Assembly: GCA_951406725.2 (NCBI GenBank) | Contig: OX597827.1 | Location: 54,808,001-54,872,000, forward strand | From: Octopus vulgaris | Taxonomy: Eukaryota | Direction: 5' to 3' | DNA length: 64,000 nucleotides | Shown here: in pieces, positions 36,269 to 50,104 of the stretch | Numbering within the stretch: the stretch's first letter is position 1 | How the letters are laid out: the number at the start of each line of letters is the position of its first letter | Translations under genes and position numbers: made by a program | The notes under the pieces: generated by a model | Told to the model about the DNA's origin: nothing | The model's database searches: none | What the model saw: only the letters and a program-made list of their open reading frames with translations

Positions 36269-37435
36269 ATTGTTTTCATAATTAGGAATTATTAGGGTTT
36301 ATTTGTTTTATTAAATTTGACTTTTTACCAAAATCTTGATACATTTAGATGGTAAGTTTTTGAAGCATAGCAAGAAGAGGCAAGGAGGGAGCAATTATAT
36401 CCCGAGTGTAGGTGTGAGGGGCCACAAAATTTTCTCTAGCCTATCATGCCTGTTAATTAGGGTTGGGAGAAAGGGACCAAAAGTGTCTTTGTCCCCATGT
36501 GTTGAGAGCCGAGGCTACACAACTAATTAGTTTACAGCTGGTTCTGCTGTACAAGCTTGATAGAGAATCTCAAAAATCAGATATCCTGTCTAATTTGTTT
36601 ATATCACATTCTGTTACGTAACCTTGATAGAAAAGTTTAAGCACAAATAACCCTATTAGCTTGTTTCATTTTAAAAGCTTGAATAAAAAAAGATTCTATT
36701 GCTTTTGTTGAATATTATTTTTTCTTTTGCTACTTTTGTATGTAATTGCATACCATGTGAACAAAAAGATAAAATTTAATTGGGAAAATCTGGTATGTGA
36801 TTATAGCGATTTGATTAACATCTTGTATGTATGTCTACCAATTATCTCACAACCATCTGGGATCTAATTTCTAATTCATGAACTCTATCCTAATGACATT
36901 AGATCAAACCCAGTCACATGTTTACAATCAGTATTTAGTCCTGCAGACATACATACACACACAGACATTACATCACACAAACAATGTATATATTCACGCA
37001 TTCACACACACACACCAGGGGTCTAATGTTTGTCTGTGTTGGCAAATAAAGAATGAAGTTAAATTTTTAATTGTACTATTGAAAATGTACAAATACCATC
37101 CATTATTTTGTCTTTCTTTCAAGTACGGTTTGTCCATTTTAAATTATTGTTTAGTATTGATGGAAACTTTCAGTGAAAGATCTCTAAAATTGGTGCATTT
37201 TTGTTTCAATTATTCACTGCTTGTTGGTCAAAGTGTCATATTGTGTGACATCACCTTTCAGCTGTCTTTTAGATATCGTAATTTCTATTGAACAGGGTTT
37301 CTTTTTATGTAATTTGAGCAAATCAGTAAAATAAATGAATTCTGATCATTAAGAAAACTTTTTAATTAAAAATAGTTTTTTTTCTCCCCCAATACAACAT
37401 ATCCAAAACCAAGCTTGTTTACATTTATATAAATA

Positions 37436-37799
37436 CTAGTACTATGACCCAGCAACGCCGGGTCATAGTGCTAGTGCCTGCATATACAGCTGTGTGCGTG
37501 CACACATAAACGCGAGTACTGTCCAAATCTCCAACCAATCACATAGAGCTAGCTGGCATTCAATTGGCATATCAAGTTTTGGGCATTTTGATTGGGTTTT
37601 GGATAGGAAATTCACAAAAAAGTCACTTCTATTGATTTTTTAATGGCTTTGCGGGGTGACTGGGGAAATGTAAAGATGTGCACGACCACCCTTGGACGGT
37701 TTTGAATGACCATAGAAAGTGCGAGCTCTCTAACTGAAAAATTGTGGATTTGTATAACGGACGGACACACAGACATTTTGCCGTTTATATATATAGAGA
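37436..37799 (-). mobile_element. Complete non-autonomous Helitron
   Basis: Minus strand A|TCTCTATATATATAAA...ACTATGACCC-GGCGTTGCT-GGGTCATAGT-A-CTAG|T: 5' TC, subterminal hairpin, 3' CTAG, A/T target. Confidence 0.85.
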
Positions 37800-39067
37800 T
37801 TAGGCATTCATCCCATAAAGCATTTGAAAGAAATAAATAGTTCTAAATAAGAGATTTTTTCTTGCTTTACTCCAAAATATTTTGGAAGATTATAACTCCT
37901 GAAGGGAGCATGTGTATTTGACAACCAAAGAATCTCATTTTTTTTTATATGCCATCCAAATGATTGTGATGAGTGGAACCATCTTGAATATGTAAGCAAT
38001 AGTTTAATATAGGATGTGTGTGTATTGAAGCCTTGTTTAGGGCTCAGTGTTTCTTCCTCTGAAAAAACACTGTCTTTGTAATTCAGTCTTGATTATGTTA
38101 GATATGTTCTTTCATGGTGTGGTTTCACTTGACAATGCTCTACTTGTCTCCTCTTCAAGCTGGACAACTAAATCTTGTAAACCACCCACTCAGTGAAATA
38201 CATACTTTTTTTTTTAACTATTAATACAATACTTGAGTCAGTAAGGGAACTCAATCTGCTCATTGTAGAAACCAAGTTTTCATTCAATAGACTTTTATTA
38301 TCTTGAAAATAAGGATCACATGTTCTCTGTCTTAAATTTTAGAACTACATACTTCTCTATAAAGACACAGTGTTCAAGGCTAAAACAGTTATCAAAATCT
38401 TTCCATCCAAAGCTAAAATGTTGACATGTATCTGTATATCTGTAGCACTGGACTGATTAATTATTACTAGACATTCAACTGTCTTCCTTTGTGCCACAGA
38501 CTATTTCAACCTGACCAATGACAGCAGTAGCAACAGGAACAATTTCAGTAATTGGCACCGGAAGTACCAAGTGGTTTTTTAAATTTTTTATTTTAGTATT
38601 ATGCATTTTTTAATTGACTTAATTGATTATCCTCATTTAACATTCCTTCCCCATGCTGACATGGATCCAGTTAGTGGAAAGAATGTGTCATGTTCCAATG
38701 TCTCTTCTAACATGGCATTTATGCTTGGATGCCCTTCTTGATGCCAACCTCTTTACATAGTGTACTGGGGTATTTTTGGGGGGTGCCAGCACTAGGGAGT
38801 TCACCTTGTAGCTTGAAAGATAAAGGGCCTAAAAAACCCTCTATAATTGAAAGAGAATAGAAGAGAGAGAGTGAGAGTGATGACTTTAAGTAAGGTGATG
38901 AGAGAGGGTAAAGTATGATGTGAAGAAGAATAGATTTATAGTTGTGAGAGGGTGGTGGTGGAGAGAGTCAGAGAGTAATCACTTTTGGGGAAGGGAGTTT
39001 TGAAGGAACAAAGAAAAGGGGAGGATTAGAGAAGGGGAAGGATCTTAATATGAAAATATATTTAACT

Positions 39068-39465
39068 ACAGGTGCAGGTATGGCTGTAGATTTTTTTGCT
39101 TTGTTTTTTAACCCACTGTATTGCACCTTGGGCGAGTGTCTTCTGCTGTAGCCTCGGGCCAGCCAAAGCCTTGTGAATAGATTTGGTTGATGGAAACTGA
39201 AAGAATCCCATCATGTATATGTGTCTGTGTGTCTCTATGTCTTTGTTTGTCTCCCCATCATCGCTTGATGACTGGCATTGGTGTATTTATGTCCCTGTAA
39301 CGTAAGCAGTTCAGCAAAAGAGACTGTTAGAATAAGTACTAGGCTTACAAAGAATAAGTCCTCGGGTTGATTTGTTTGACTAAAAGACCTTTTAAGGCAG
39401 TGCTCCAGCATGGCTACAGTCAACTGACTGAAACAAGTAAAGTAAACAAGTAAAGAATAAAAGAA
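39068..39465 (+). mobile_element. Family-A SINE
   Basis: Body and GTAAA-repeat tail. Confidence 0.8.
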
Positions 39466-40149
39466 TTCAATATTATTTACCAAAAATACCTACTTTTTAC
39501 CAAATATTAGTTATATTTACATTTAAAAGGGCCATGTAATTCCTCAGATTATAGGGCAACCTCTCTACAAGTCAATCACAAATACCTACTTCGACGAGCC
39601 CAAACTAAGGGTGCAACCTATCCCCTGGTGCAACCTATGTGCGAGTATATACAGTATTTGTTATTCATTCGTATTTTGTTATATTGACCCAGTGGTTGTC
39701 TTCATCTCCGAAAGGTTAATGGAAGACAAGACCATAGAGACCTCAAAGGTTTGACCAACTCCATGTTCATATAGTTGTCTCCTGGTTGGCCATTTAGAGT
39801 TAAAATTCATCTTACAATGATGAATCTATGTTTAATTTTAACTACGCTGCCTCCCCCCCCACTCTTCCCACCACCACCACCACCACCAGCTCCATGATAT
39901 TTTTTCTACATTATACAGCATCATGTGATTGATCTTGCCCATCTAATTTTAAGTGAGCATGAAAAGACAGAGCTATAAATAATGATGAAATTGTGTGTTG
40001 AGATATTTATTTATTTTTTTTATTCTTTGAAAGAGAAAGAGAAAGAGAGAGAGAAAGAGAATGAGTTAGAAAGCAATAGCTGTGGGAAGTAACTGATCAA
40101 AAAGCTAAGTCTCTAAAGTGTGTAGTTTGGTGCTCTCCCTCTCTCTTAG

Positions 40150-40181
<32 letters not shown>

Positions 40182-40349
40182 ACACACACACACACTCATA
40201 CACATGCATACACACTCATATGCAAGCATGTCAATATATTTCTCTGTTTCTCTTTATCTTCCTTTCTGTTTCCTTTCTTACATTTTTTCCCTATCACCCT
40301 TCCAACTGCTTTACTGTTCATGCTCTTACTTCCTCTCTCCCTCTCTCTC

Positions 40350-40352
40350 ACT

Positions 40353-40396
<44 letters not shown>

Positions 40397-40427
40397 ATGT
40401 GTGTGCGTGTGTGTGTATGTGTGCGTG

Positions 40428-40460
<33 letters not shown>

Positions 40461-40495
40461 ATGTATATATATATATATGTGTGTATATGTATATA

Positions 40496-40550
<55 letters not shown>
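40350..40550. repeat. (TA)n/(TG)n compound microsatellite
   Basis: Direct inspection. Confidence 0.95.
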
Positions 40551-40552
<2 letters not shown>

Positions 40553-40851
40553 TTCTATCTCTTCTCCACCCATGCTTCATGAAATATTCCTTCAACTGTT
40601 AGGCCTAATCACTTATATTGATATGAAATCATTTTCTGTTTTTTATTTTATTTTATATTTACTTTTTATTCAATAAAGCTGCATTTAGAACAATCTCTGG
40701 CCAGTGAAACATTACTACTTGTGTGTGTGTGTGTGTTTTTAAAAATTTCTCACCAGTACAGTAAGAGCCAGTTTCCAATCCAGAGAAGAGATAAGAATCT
40801 TTCATTGCCATTTAGACAACACCAACTAGGCAATCATATATATATATATAT

Positions 40852-41094
40852 AAGGCGGTGTGCTGGCAGACTTGTTAGCGCGCCGGGCGAAATGCTTAGC
40901 GGTATTTCGTCTGTCGTTACGTTCTGAGTTCAAATTCCGCCGAGGTCGACTTTACCTTTCATCCTTTTGGGGTCGATGAATAAAGTACCAGTTTCGCACT
41001 GGGTGGGGTGGGGTGGGGGTCGATGTAATCGACTTAATCCCTTTGTCTGTCCTTGTTTGTCCCCTCTATGTTTAGCCCCTTGTGGGCAATAAAG

Positions 41095-41098
<4 letters not shown>
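40852..41098 (+). mobile_element. Family-B SINE, young, inserted in (TA)n
   Basis: AGGCGGTGTGCTGGCAG...TGTGGGCAATAAAGAAA with (TA)n on both sides. Confidence 0.9.
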
Positions 41099-41178
<80 letters not shown>

Positions 41179-41251
41179 TTTGTGCACGTGTGTATTTGCA
41201 TACTATTCTGTATAAGGTTCTATATTCTATGAGATATATGCAATGCTGCTA

Positions 41252-41570
41252 CTACTGGCTAAACTTCAATGTTTTACATATTTTTCCTGTTTTGTTAATG
41301 GCTTTGGTTATAATTTGTTTAATTAACCATTTCTTCCCTGGTTTTGAGATGTCCAACTTCACAAAATTAATGCTCAGGTAATAATTAGTTACATAGCTAA
41401 GTGACCCAATAATCACAGGTATAAATTTAAAGATGCAGCCTGGATGTAGAGCTTGCTGACTTCTCATTAGTTTACCTGAGATATTTTTGCTGCACAGCTG
41501 ATCTACTAGTGTGCACACTTGGTTTCTTTTTTTTTTTTTTTGTGGTGGCTTTATCATTTTGAGGACCATT
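41252..41570 (-). pseudogene. Decayed C-terminal restriction-like endonuclease region of an R4/NeSL-type non-LTR retrotransposon
   Basis: GKLMRSQQALHPGCIFKFIPVIIGSLSYVT..KLDISK..LIKQIITKAINKTGKICKTLKF resembles the RLE C-terminus (PIIIGALG motif); lies next to (TA)n. Confidence 0.65.
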
Positions 41571-41737
41571 GAATGTGAATGAGAGATTATCGTGTAAAGA
41601 GCTGCTTTTTATCTCTCATAATATCACTTACTCTATGCATGCAGGTTTGATCTATGAAAGCACTTGGGCACTCAACGGTTAGTAGATGCTGTCAGAAGGA
41701 TATGATGTGACAAGGCTGTTTAACCTTTTTAGCATTC

Positions 41738-41970
41738 AGAAGTGGTGAGAAAGGATTTTCTGACATTGGGCCTCATAGAGAGGATGTCAAGGGACCAGGA
41801 CTTCTGGCAAGTTGCAGTGCTTGTGAAGACACGTCAAGTTAAGTAAAATCGTGGTTATCCTTGCATGCGGGCAAGGTTGTTTATGGAAGACGAGAAGTCA
41901 CCCATGCATATAAGACTCTCTTCTCCATGCCAACAATGTCATTCAAGAGAAAGATAAAGGTTGATACAGC
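41738..41970 (+). pseudogene. RTE LINE extreme C-terminus and start of 3' UTR
   Basis: EVVRKDFLTLGLIERMSRDQDFWQVAVLVKTRQVK*; resembles RTE 'WxEVVxxDLxxLGL..DRxxWR'. Confidence 0.65.
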
Positions 41971-42669
41971 AACTCACTTCTACAGCTGAGTGAACTGGAG
42001 CAATGTGAAATAGAGTGTCTTGCTCAAGAACACAACGCACAGCCTGGTTCAGGAATTGAACTCACACCCACATAATTGTAAGCCCAATGCTCTAGCCACC
42101 GAGCCGTGCACCTTCATACATTCACCTATAAGAACAGCCTATGCATATAAGCAGTACTGCTAACAGTCTACTACCTGACAAGACCATCCACTGTCCAACC
42201 AAAGTCAACAAAATTATTGTGTGTGTGTGTGTGTGTGTTTTTTAATTACCTTTTTGCTTGTTTCAGTCTTTCGACTGTCGTGCACTGCCTTGAGGAATTT
42301 TTAGTCAAATGGATTGACTCCAGTACTTCTTTTTTAAACCTGGCACTTAGTCTGTTGGTCCCTTTTGCTGAACTGTTAAATTATCGGGATATGAACATCG
42401 GTTATCAAGTGAGGTGGGGGGACAAACCCAGTTATGAACACACACACACATACACATGATGGGCTTCTTTCTGTCTACCAAATTTATTCACGAGGCTTTG
42501 GTCAACTTGGGGCTATAGTAAAAGACACTTACCCAAGTTGTCATACAGAGGGAAGCAAGCTTCTTACCACACAGCCATATCTGCGCCTTTATGAATATAT
42601 ATAAGCTATTGTATAAGCATGTATTTGTGTCTGATTCTAAATAAATAAATGCTAAAGTTAAGAGAGTTT

Positions 42670-42945
42670 ATTAATGCAACTGGCACTTGTGCCAGTGGCA
42701 CATGTAAAAACATTCGAACGAGGGCATTGCCAGTACCGCCTGACTGGCCCCCGTGCCGGTGGCACGTAAAAGCACCCACTACACTTTCATAGTTGTTGGC
42801 ATTAGGAAGGGCATCCAGCTGTAGAAACTCTGCCAGATCAAGATTGGAGCCTGGTGCAACCATATGGTTCGCCAGCCCTCAGTCAAGTCGTTCAACCCTT
42901 GCTAGCATGGATAGTAGATGTTAAACAATGATGGTGATGATGATG
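42670..42945 (+). mobile_element. Family-C RTE-type tail
   Basis: Same module as 715-1020. Confidence 0.85.
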
Positions 42946-43304
42946 CTTACAAATATGAGGAAATTAGTCTTATACCTCATGCAGCCAATTGTAATGGGGC
43001 AAAATAAATTCTCTTTGTTATAACTTTGAAATTACATTAAATATACATATTGAAGTATTTTTATTGTATTTTACTAAATCACTAAATAAAAGATCTTTTA
43101 ATGGCTGGGTCTTGTAAAAATATAAAAGAAAAAAATGGAATAAAAAAAGAAAAGAAAATGATAGATTTTCATTAAGCGCTATAAAGGAGTAAAAATTTTT
43201 AAAGAAATGCTTAATGCAAATTCTATTAGAGAACTGGAGATATTGATGGAATGGAAATATGCATTCTATTGTTTGAGAACATGACCACAAATTTGTTGAT
43301 ATTA

Positions 43305-43357
<53 letters not shown>

Positions 43358-43654
43358 GTATATATATATACATATATACATATATATACATATATATATA
43401 TACATATATGTGTATGTATGTACATGTTTATGTATGTGCATGTTTATATGTGTGTGTGTGTGTGTGTGTGTTTGCATGTTTATGTATGTGCATGTATATA
43501 TATATCCATGTTTGCATGTTTATGTATGTGCATGTATATATATCCATGTTTGCATGTTTATGTATGTGCATGTATATATGTATATGCATGTTTATATTTA
43601 TGTGTATGTAGATGTGTGTGTACATATGTATGTATGTACATAAATTTATATGTG

Positions 43655-43940
43655 ATGGCATGTGGCCTAGTGGTTAGGGTGCTGCATTCACGATCGCTAG
43701 ATTGCAAGTTCAATTCCCAGACCAAGCAGCACATTGTGTTCTTGAGCAAAACACTTCATTTCACATTGCTCCAGTTCACTCAGCTGTAAATGGATAACCC
43801 TACAATGGAGTAGCTTTCCAGTCAGGAGAATGTTAACCTGTTTGCCGAGCCAACAGGGTGGCATCATTCCAAAGCTAAAACAATACAAAACACATTGTGA
43901 CCAGCGATGTATAACATCTGATAGTCTTGTTGGTCACGTA
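43655..43940 (+). mobile_element. Family-D SINE
   Basis: GTGGCCTAGTGGTTAGGG..AGTTCAATTCC..TTGAGCAAAACACTTCATTTCAC. Confidence 0.8.
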
Positions 43941-43959
43941 ATATATTTTAATCTTTTAA

Positions 43960-44368
43960 TCTTTATTTGCTTGTTCTACTCATTGGACTGTGGCCATACT
44001 GGTGCATCATCTCAAAGGATTTAGTCAACCAAATCAACCACAATAGTTATCTTTTCTTTTTAAAACTAGGTATTTGTTTTCATTGGTCTCTTTTTGTCAA
44101 AATGCTAAGTTACAAAGGATGTAAACACTCAAACACCAGTCATAAAGTGGTGGTGAGGAACAAACACTGACACAAAGACATGCATACACACACATACACA
44201 AACATGATGGGCTTCTTTCAGTTTCCATTTATCAAATCCACTCACAAGGCTATGGTTGGTCTGATGCTATAGTAGAAAACACTTGCCCAAGGTGCCATGA
44301 AGTGGGACTGAACCCCGAACTCAATGTGGTTGAGATGCAAACTTCTTATCAAACAGCCATGCCTGCAA

Positions 44369-44370
<2 letters not shown>
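43960..44370 (-). mobile_element. Family-A SINE
   Basis: Reverse-complement body. Confidence 0.8.
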
Positions 44371-44419
<49 letters not shown>

Positions 44420-44845
44420 TGTGTGCATAATATGCCATTAATACACTATTAATACACTTTTATATTGTTGTACTGATACAAACCAATATACTCACATGAT
44501 GTATGCACTTTAATGCTTTCCCTGCATACACACAAATATTTGTATATGTGTCTTCATTGGATTTCAAATGAATTTAGATTTGATTTCTGAATCTGTATAT
44601 TTTAACATTACAACTGGCATAGCTTTAATTTCGTATATATGTCAATAAAAGTGTCCAATCTAATGCATCCATTAACAAAATAGTAAAATGCTAGCAATAA
44701 AATTAGGTTTTTAAATTGCTTTTATTCTTTTCCTTTTTTCCAAATTGTACATATGTTCTTCTTGATTGCTTTCCTTTTTAATCCATTCAACTGCATATCA
44801 CAATATCAGGAATTTTGTATCTAATTTTATCATTGTTATCACTAT

Positions 44846-45015
44846 AGGCATAGGAGTGGCTGTGTGGCAAGTAGCTTGCTTACGAACCACATGATTGCGG
44901 GTTCAGTCCCACTGCGTGGCACCTTGGGCAAGTGTCTTCTACTATAGCCTTGGGTTGACCAAAGCCTTGTGAGTGGATTTGGTAGGCGGAAACTGAAAGA
45001 AGCCCGTCCTGTATA

Positions 45016-45072
<57 letters not shown>

Positions 45073-45272
45073 ATGTGTTTGTGTGTCTGTGTTTGTCCCC
45101 CCAACATCGCTTGACAACCGATGCTAGTGTGTTTACATCCCTGTAACTTAGCAGTTCGGCAAAAGAGACCAATAGAATAAGTACTAGGCTTACAAAGAAT
45201 AAGTTCTGGGGTCGATTTGCTCAACTAAAGGTGGTGCTCCAGCATGACCACAGTCAAATGACTGAAACAAGT
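44846..45272 (+). mobile_element. Family-A SINE, full length
   Basis: Near-identical to 18835-19220. Confidence 0.9.
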
Positions 45273-45320
45273 TATCATGGTTTCAGTCACTTCATAGTTG
45301 AAGTTATAGCCTTTCTTTAA

Positions 45321-45541
45321 CCCTTTTGTTACCAACCCGGCTGAAACCGGCTCTGGCTCTGTTGTACAAATGTCTGGTTTTCTTAAGGTTTCAATTAAAA
45401 TCCTCCACCAAACCTTAGTTACAATTTATGTTCCTAATACAAGCTGAATGATAACTAATTTATTTTACTAAATTCTTTGTTATATTTAAAGTAATTGAAA
45501 GAAACACAGAACATCTCAAAATAAATACAGTAACGAAAGGG
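45321..45541. mobile_element. piggyBac-type MITE family 1
   Basis: TTAA|CCCTTTTGTTAC...GTAACGAAAGGG|TTAA. Confidence 0.9.
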
Positions 45542-46096
45542 TTAAAGCAGAGGTTCTCAACCAGGGTCCATATGACTGCAGCGGATCCATATTAGGTTTT
45601 GGGGGTTTCCTGTAAGCAAAATAGTAAATTAAGGATCTACAGTAGTATATTAACCCTTTAGCATTCAGATTACTCCATCAAATGTAATGCATATTCATTC
45701 ACATTGTTTTCAAATAATCATTCCTTATCTCTTAGCTTTGAAATTTTGATGTTGTGACTGTATATTTTTAGAATGACATTGTAGGATAGGCATGAAAGGC
45801 TAGATCTAGCCTGTTTGAATACTAAAGGATTAAGGGTCCATGGGAAAATTTTACTTTAGATGTATTTATTGCAAGAAACAGATAGGATAGGTTTCTTTCT
45901 CAAATGTTTTGGATAGTTCAGTGTACACAAGTTAATGCATGTAAAAGAAAGAAATATCTATAAAACTAGTTTCGACTTAACCCCTCTCCTGAGATTGCTG
46001 GCCTTGTGCCAAAATTTGAAACCATTATTACACAGAAGTTCCCATTAACCACCAGTTTTAAAATTACTTGTTATGGCTGTAGAATTATAATAAATA

Positions 46097-46332
46097 AGGC
46101 GGCGAGCTGGCAGAAACGTTAGCACTCCGGGCGAAATGCTTAGCAGTATTTCGTCTGCCCTTACGTTCTGAGTTCAAATTCCACCAAGGTCGACTTTGCC
46201 TTTCATTCTTTCGGGGGTTTATAAATTAAGTACCAGTTACACACTGGGGTTGATGTAATCGACTTAATCCCTCAGTCTGTCCTTGTTTGTCCCCTCTATA
46301 TTTAGCCCTTTGTGGGCAATAAAGAAATAAGA
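46097..46332 (+). mobile_element. Family-B SINE with TSD
   Basis: AGAATTATAATAAA duplicated on both sides. Confidence 0.9.
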
Positions 46333-47644
46333 ATTATAATAAACAGAAGGGACTTGAGAATTGTGAGCTGATGTACACTTATGCACTAAGAGTTAGCAAG
46401 TTCCACAAAGAGCTAGCTTACACAGCTCTCATAAGCCATTCATCTTTTTCCAGTTTTCTTGGCACTCACCAGACTATAGAGTATGATAGATTATCAAAGA
46501 CCTTCTCCAAATTAACAAATGCTACAGAGTTAAAAGTTACTCTAATGTGAGATGGAATAACTTATAACTTTGTAGCATTTAAACTGGTCATATCTGACCT
46601 AAATATTCTAACTTTATTTTTTACCAGCCAGATCTGGCCTTTCATACCTACCCTGCAGTGTCAATCTAAAAATAATCACATTGAAATTTCTAAGCTGCAA
46701 GATGATGCATAATTAATTCAAGACAATGTAATTAAAGAAGTATTACATTTGACAGAGTTATTTGAATGCTAAAGGGTTAACTGAGTACATTTGTATTTGT
46801 CTCATTAAGAAGACGGTGATTCTCTTCCCTTGCAAAATCTCAAAATGACTTTGTCATGGTAAATACTCTTGCTACACGATAATTCTTTCAATAACTTTCA
46901 TAATCTAGGCCATATATTTTATGTTTCTCTCTCAAGTGTCTTCTTTTTAACAGTTAATGAGGATATTACTTTGCTAGTCATTGGGTATAGCGCCTTCCTG
47001 TGCTACCTGTTTAACTATGCAATTAGTGACGCTTCTGTGACACTTGCTGCTCAAGTATTGCTACACAAGCACAGGTATGGCCGCATGGTTAAGAAATTTA
47101 ATTTGCAATCAAGTGGTCCTGAGTTCAGTTCCATCACATAGCAAGCACCCTAGGACAGTTCCTTTTACTACAACAATAGATTGAGCCAATACCTTCCAAA
47201 TGACATTTGGACGATGGAAACAGTGCTAATGCCTCATACATACACTCACAAATGCATATATACATTGTCACGAAATATGCATTCATGCTGGTGCCACTCA
47301 CACTAGTGCCATGTAAAAGCACCCATGCCAATAACATATAAGGAGTACCCTGCCTACTTTAAAGTGGTTGGCATGAGGAAGGGCATCTAGCCATAGAAAC
47401 CATACTAAAACAGACAGTTGGAACTTGGACAGCTCTCTGGCCTTCTGCTATATAGGGTTAAAGAGTCCTCACCACTCTATAGAGTCTTCATATACGCAGA
47501 GCTATTGTAAATGGCTGAGGAGGTAAATAGAATAGACAGGGATGAAAGGATGGGTGGGAGTAGGAACAATGTGTGTGTGTGTGTGTGTTGTTTCTGATGT
47601 GTATTGATAGAAAAAGAATGAAAATGTTGTTATACTTGGGGATC

Positions 47645-47876
47645 CTTTTATTCTTTTACTTGTTTCAGTCATTTGACTACAGCCATGCTGGAGCACTGCT
47701 TTGAAGGGTTTTAATCAAACAAATTGACCCCAATACTTATTTCTTAAGCCTAGTACTTATTCTATCAGTCTCTTTTGCCAAACCATTAAGTTATAAAGAT
47801 GTAAACACACCAATACCAGTTGTCAAGTGGTGATGGGGTGACAAACACAGACACAAAGACACACACACATACATAT

Positions 47877-47922
<46 letters not shown>

Positions 47923-48088
47923 GCTTCTTTCAGTTTCCATTTACCAAATCCACTCACAAAGCTTTGGTTGATCTGAGACTATAGTAGAAGTAGTAGAAGA
48001 CATTTGCTCAATGTGCCACACACTGAGACTGAACCTGGAGCCATGGTGTTGGGAGGCAAGCTTCTTACCATACAGCCACACCTGTGCC
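47645..48088 (-). mobile_element. Family-A SINE
   Basis: Reverse-complement body. Confidence 0.85.
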
Positions 48089-48383
48089 TGGTAATTTTTT
48101 TTTTTTTTGTCAAACACACACACACTATTTATTTGATCTTCACTTTAGTTTTCATTTGTAGTATTTTTAATTTATATGTCTGTCCAGGTTCTTTTGTCAC
48201 ACAATTTGTGACCTCATTAGTGACTCTGTCCCATGTGTCTTCTCTTGTCTTGCTTATTCCAGTTTGTCCTTGAGAAGGACAGAATGGAATAAGCAGGACA
48301 AGAGATGACAAAAGAACTTTGAGACAGATGTATAAACTAAAAATTATAGTGGGAAGGCTCAATGAATAGTGCATATTTTTAAT

Positions 48384-48801
48384 TCTCTTTTACTCTTTTA
48401 CTTGTTTCAGTCATTTGACTGCGGCCATGCTGGTGCACCACCTTTAGTCAAGCAAATCGACCCCGGGACTTATTCTTTGTAAGCCCAGTACTTATTCTAT
48501 CGGTCTCTTTTGCCGAACAGCTAAGTGATGGGGACGTAAACACCCCAGCATCGGTTGTCAAGCAATGCTGGGGGGGACAAACACAGGCACACAAACACAC
48601 ATACGTACACATATATATATATATATATACATATATACGACAGGCTTCTTTCAGTTTCCGTCTACCAAATCCACTCACAAGGCATTGGTCGGCCCGGGGC
48701 TATAGCAGAAGACACTTGCCCAAGATGTCACACAGTGGGACTGAACCCAGAACCATGTGGTTGGTTAGCAAGCTACTTACCACACAGCCATTCCTGCACC
48801 T
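48384..48801 (-). mobile_element. Family-A SINE, full length
   Basis: Reverse-complement body. Confidence 0.9.
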
Positions 48802-49287
48802 AATTGGCCCCAAAAAATATTAAAAAAAACAAAGAAACATAACCATCCCCAATTATAACAATACATGTTTCAACATACATTTTCACATCAAGAATCTTGC
48901 AAAATGAATACATTAATGTTTAGAATGAAGATGGTATTTTACAAATCAAATCCCTATAACAAGTTATATTCCTTTGTCATTTTACTTCTGAAATGTTGTG
49001 AATCAATGATTGGCTCATTAGAAACCTATGACTAATCAATGTTATTGTTCATCAATTGAGAAATAAAATAAATGATAAATATAACCCCCACCCCCGATTC
49101 CCCAAGCAGTAAGTTAATGCTATTAGACGACAGAAGCACCAGTTACAATAAAAAATAATTGGTGCTTATAATTTTTAATATCATTTTATATTAAAATCTT
49201 AGAAGTTATTTTGCAATAAGTCATCATTTTAAAAGATTTACAACATCAAAATACCAGCATAAAACTTTTCAAACAGATCAGATAAGT

Positions 49288-49688
49288 TTACTCTTTACTC
49301 TTTTACTTGTTTCAGTCATTTGACTGCAGCCATGCTGGAGCACTGCCTTTAGTTGAGCAAATCGACCCCAGAACTTATTCTTTGTAAGCCTAGTACTTAT
49401 TCTATCGGTCTCTTTTGCTGAACCGCTAAGTGACGGGAACGTAAACACACCATCGGTTGTCAAGCGATGTTGGGGGGACAGATACACACACACACATATA
49501 TATATACATATATATATATATATATGACAGGCTTCTTTCAGTTTTCGTCTACCAAATCCACTCACAAGGCTTTGGTCAGCCCGATGCTATAGTAGAAGAC
49601 ACTTGCCCAAGATTCCACGCGGTGGGACTGAACCCAGAACCATGTGGTTGGTAAGCAAGCAACTTACCACACAGTCACTCCAGTGCCT
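49288..49688 (-). mobile_element. Family-A SINE, full length
   Basis: Reverse-complement body. Confidence 0.9.
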
Positions 49689-49763
49689 GTTTGTTTATTT
49701 TATTAAATATGATATCATTTCAAATTTGGAGAATGTTATTTTTGTTATATATATACATACATA

Positions 49764-50104
49764 GGTCCAGGCATGGCTGTGTGGTAAAAAGCTTGTTTCC
49801 CAACCACATGGTTCCAGGTTCAGTCCTACTGCATGGCACCTTGGATAAGTGTCTTCTACTATAACCTCGGGCCAACCAAAGCCTTGTGAGTGGATTTGGT
49901 AGACAGAACTGAAAGAAGCCCGTCATATATATATGCATATGTTTGTGTGTCTGTGGTTTCCCCCCACCATTGCTTGACAACTGATGCTGGTGTGTTTACG
50001 TACCCGTAACATAGTAGTTTGGCAAAAGAGACCAATAGAATGAGTACTAGGCTTACAAAGAATAAGTCCTGGCCAGTGTGAAATGACTGAAACAAGTAAA
50101 AGAG
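49764..50104 (+). mobile_element. Family-A SINE
   Basis: Head-to-head with the preceding copy. Confidence 0.88.
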
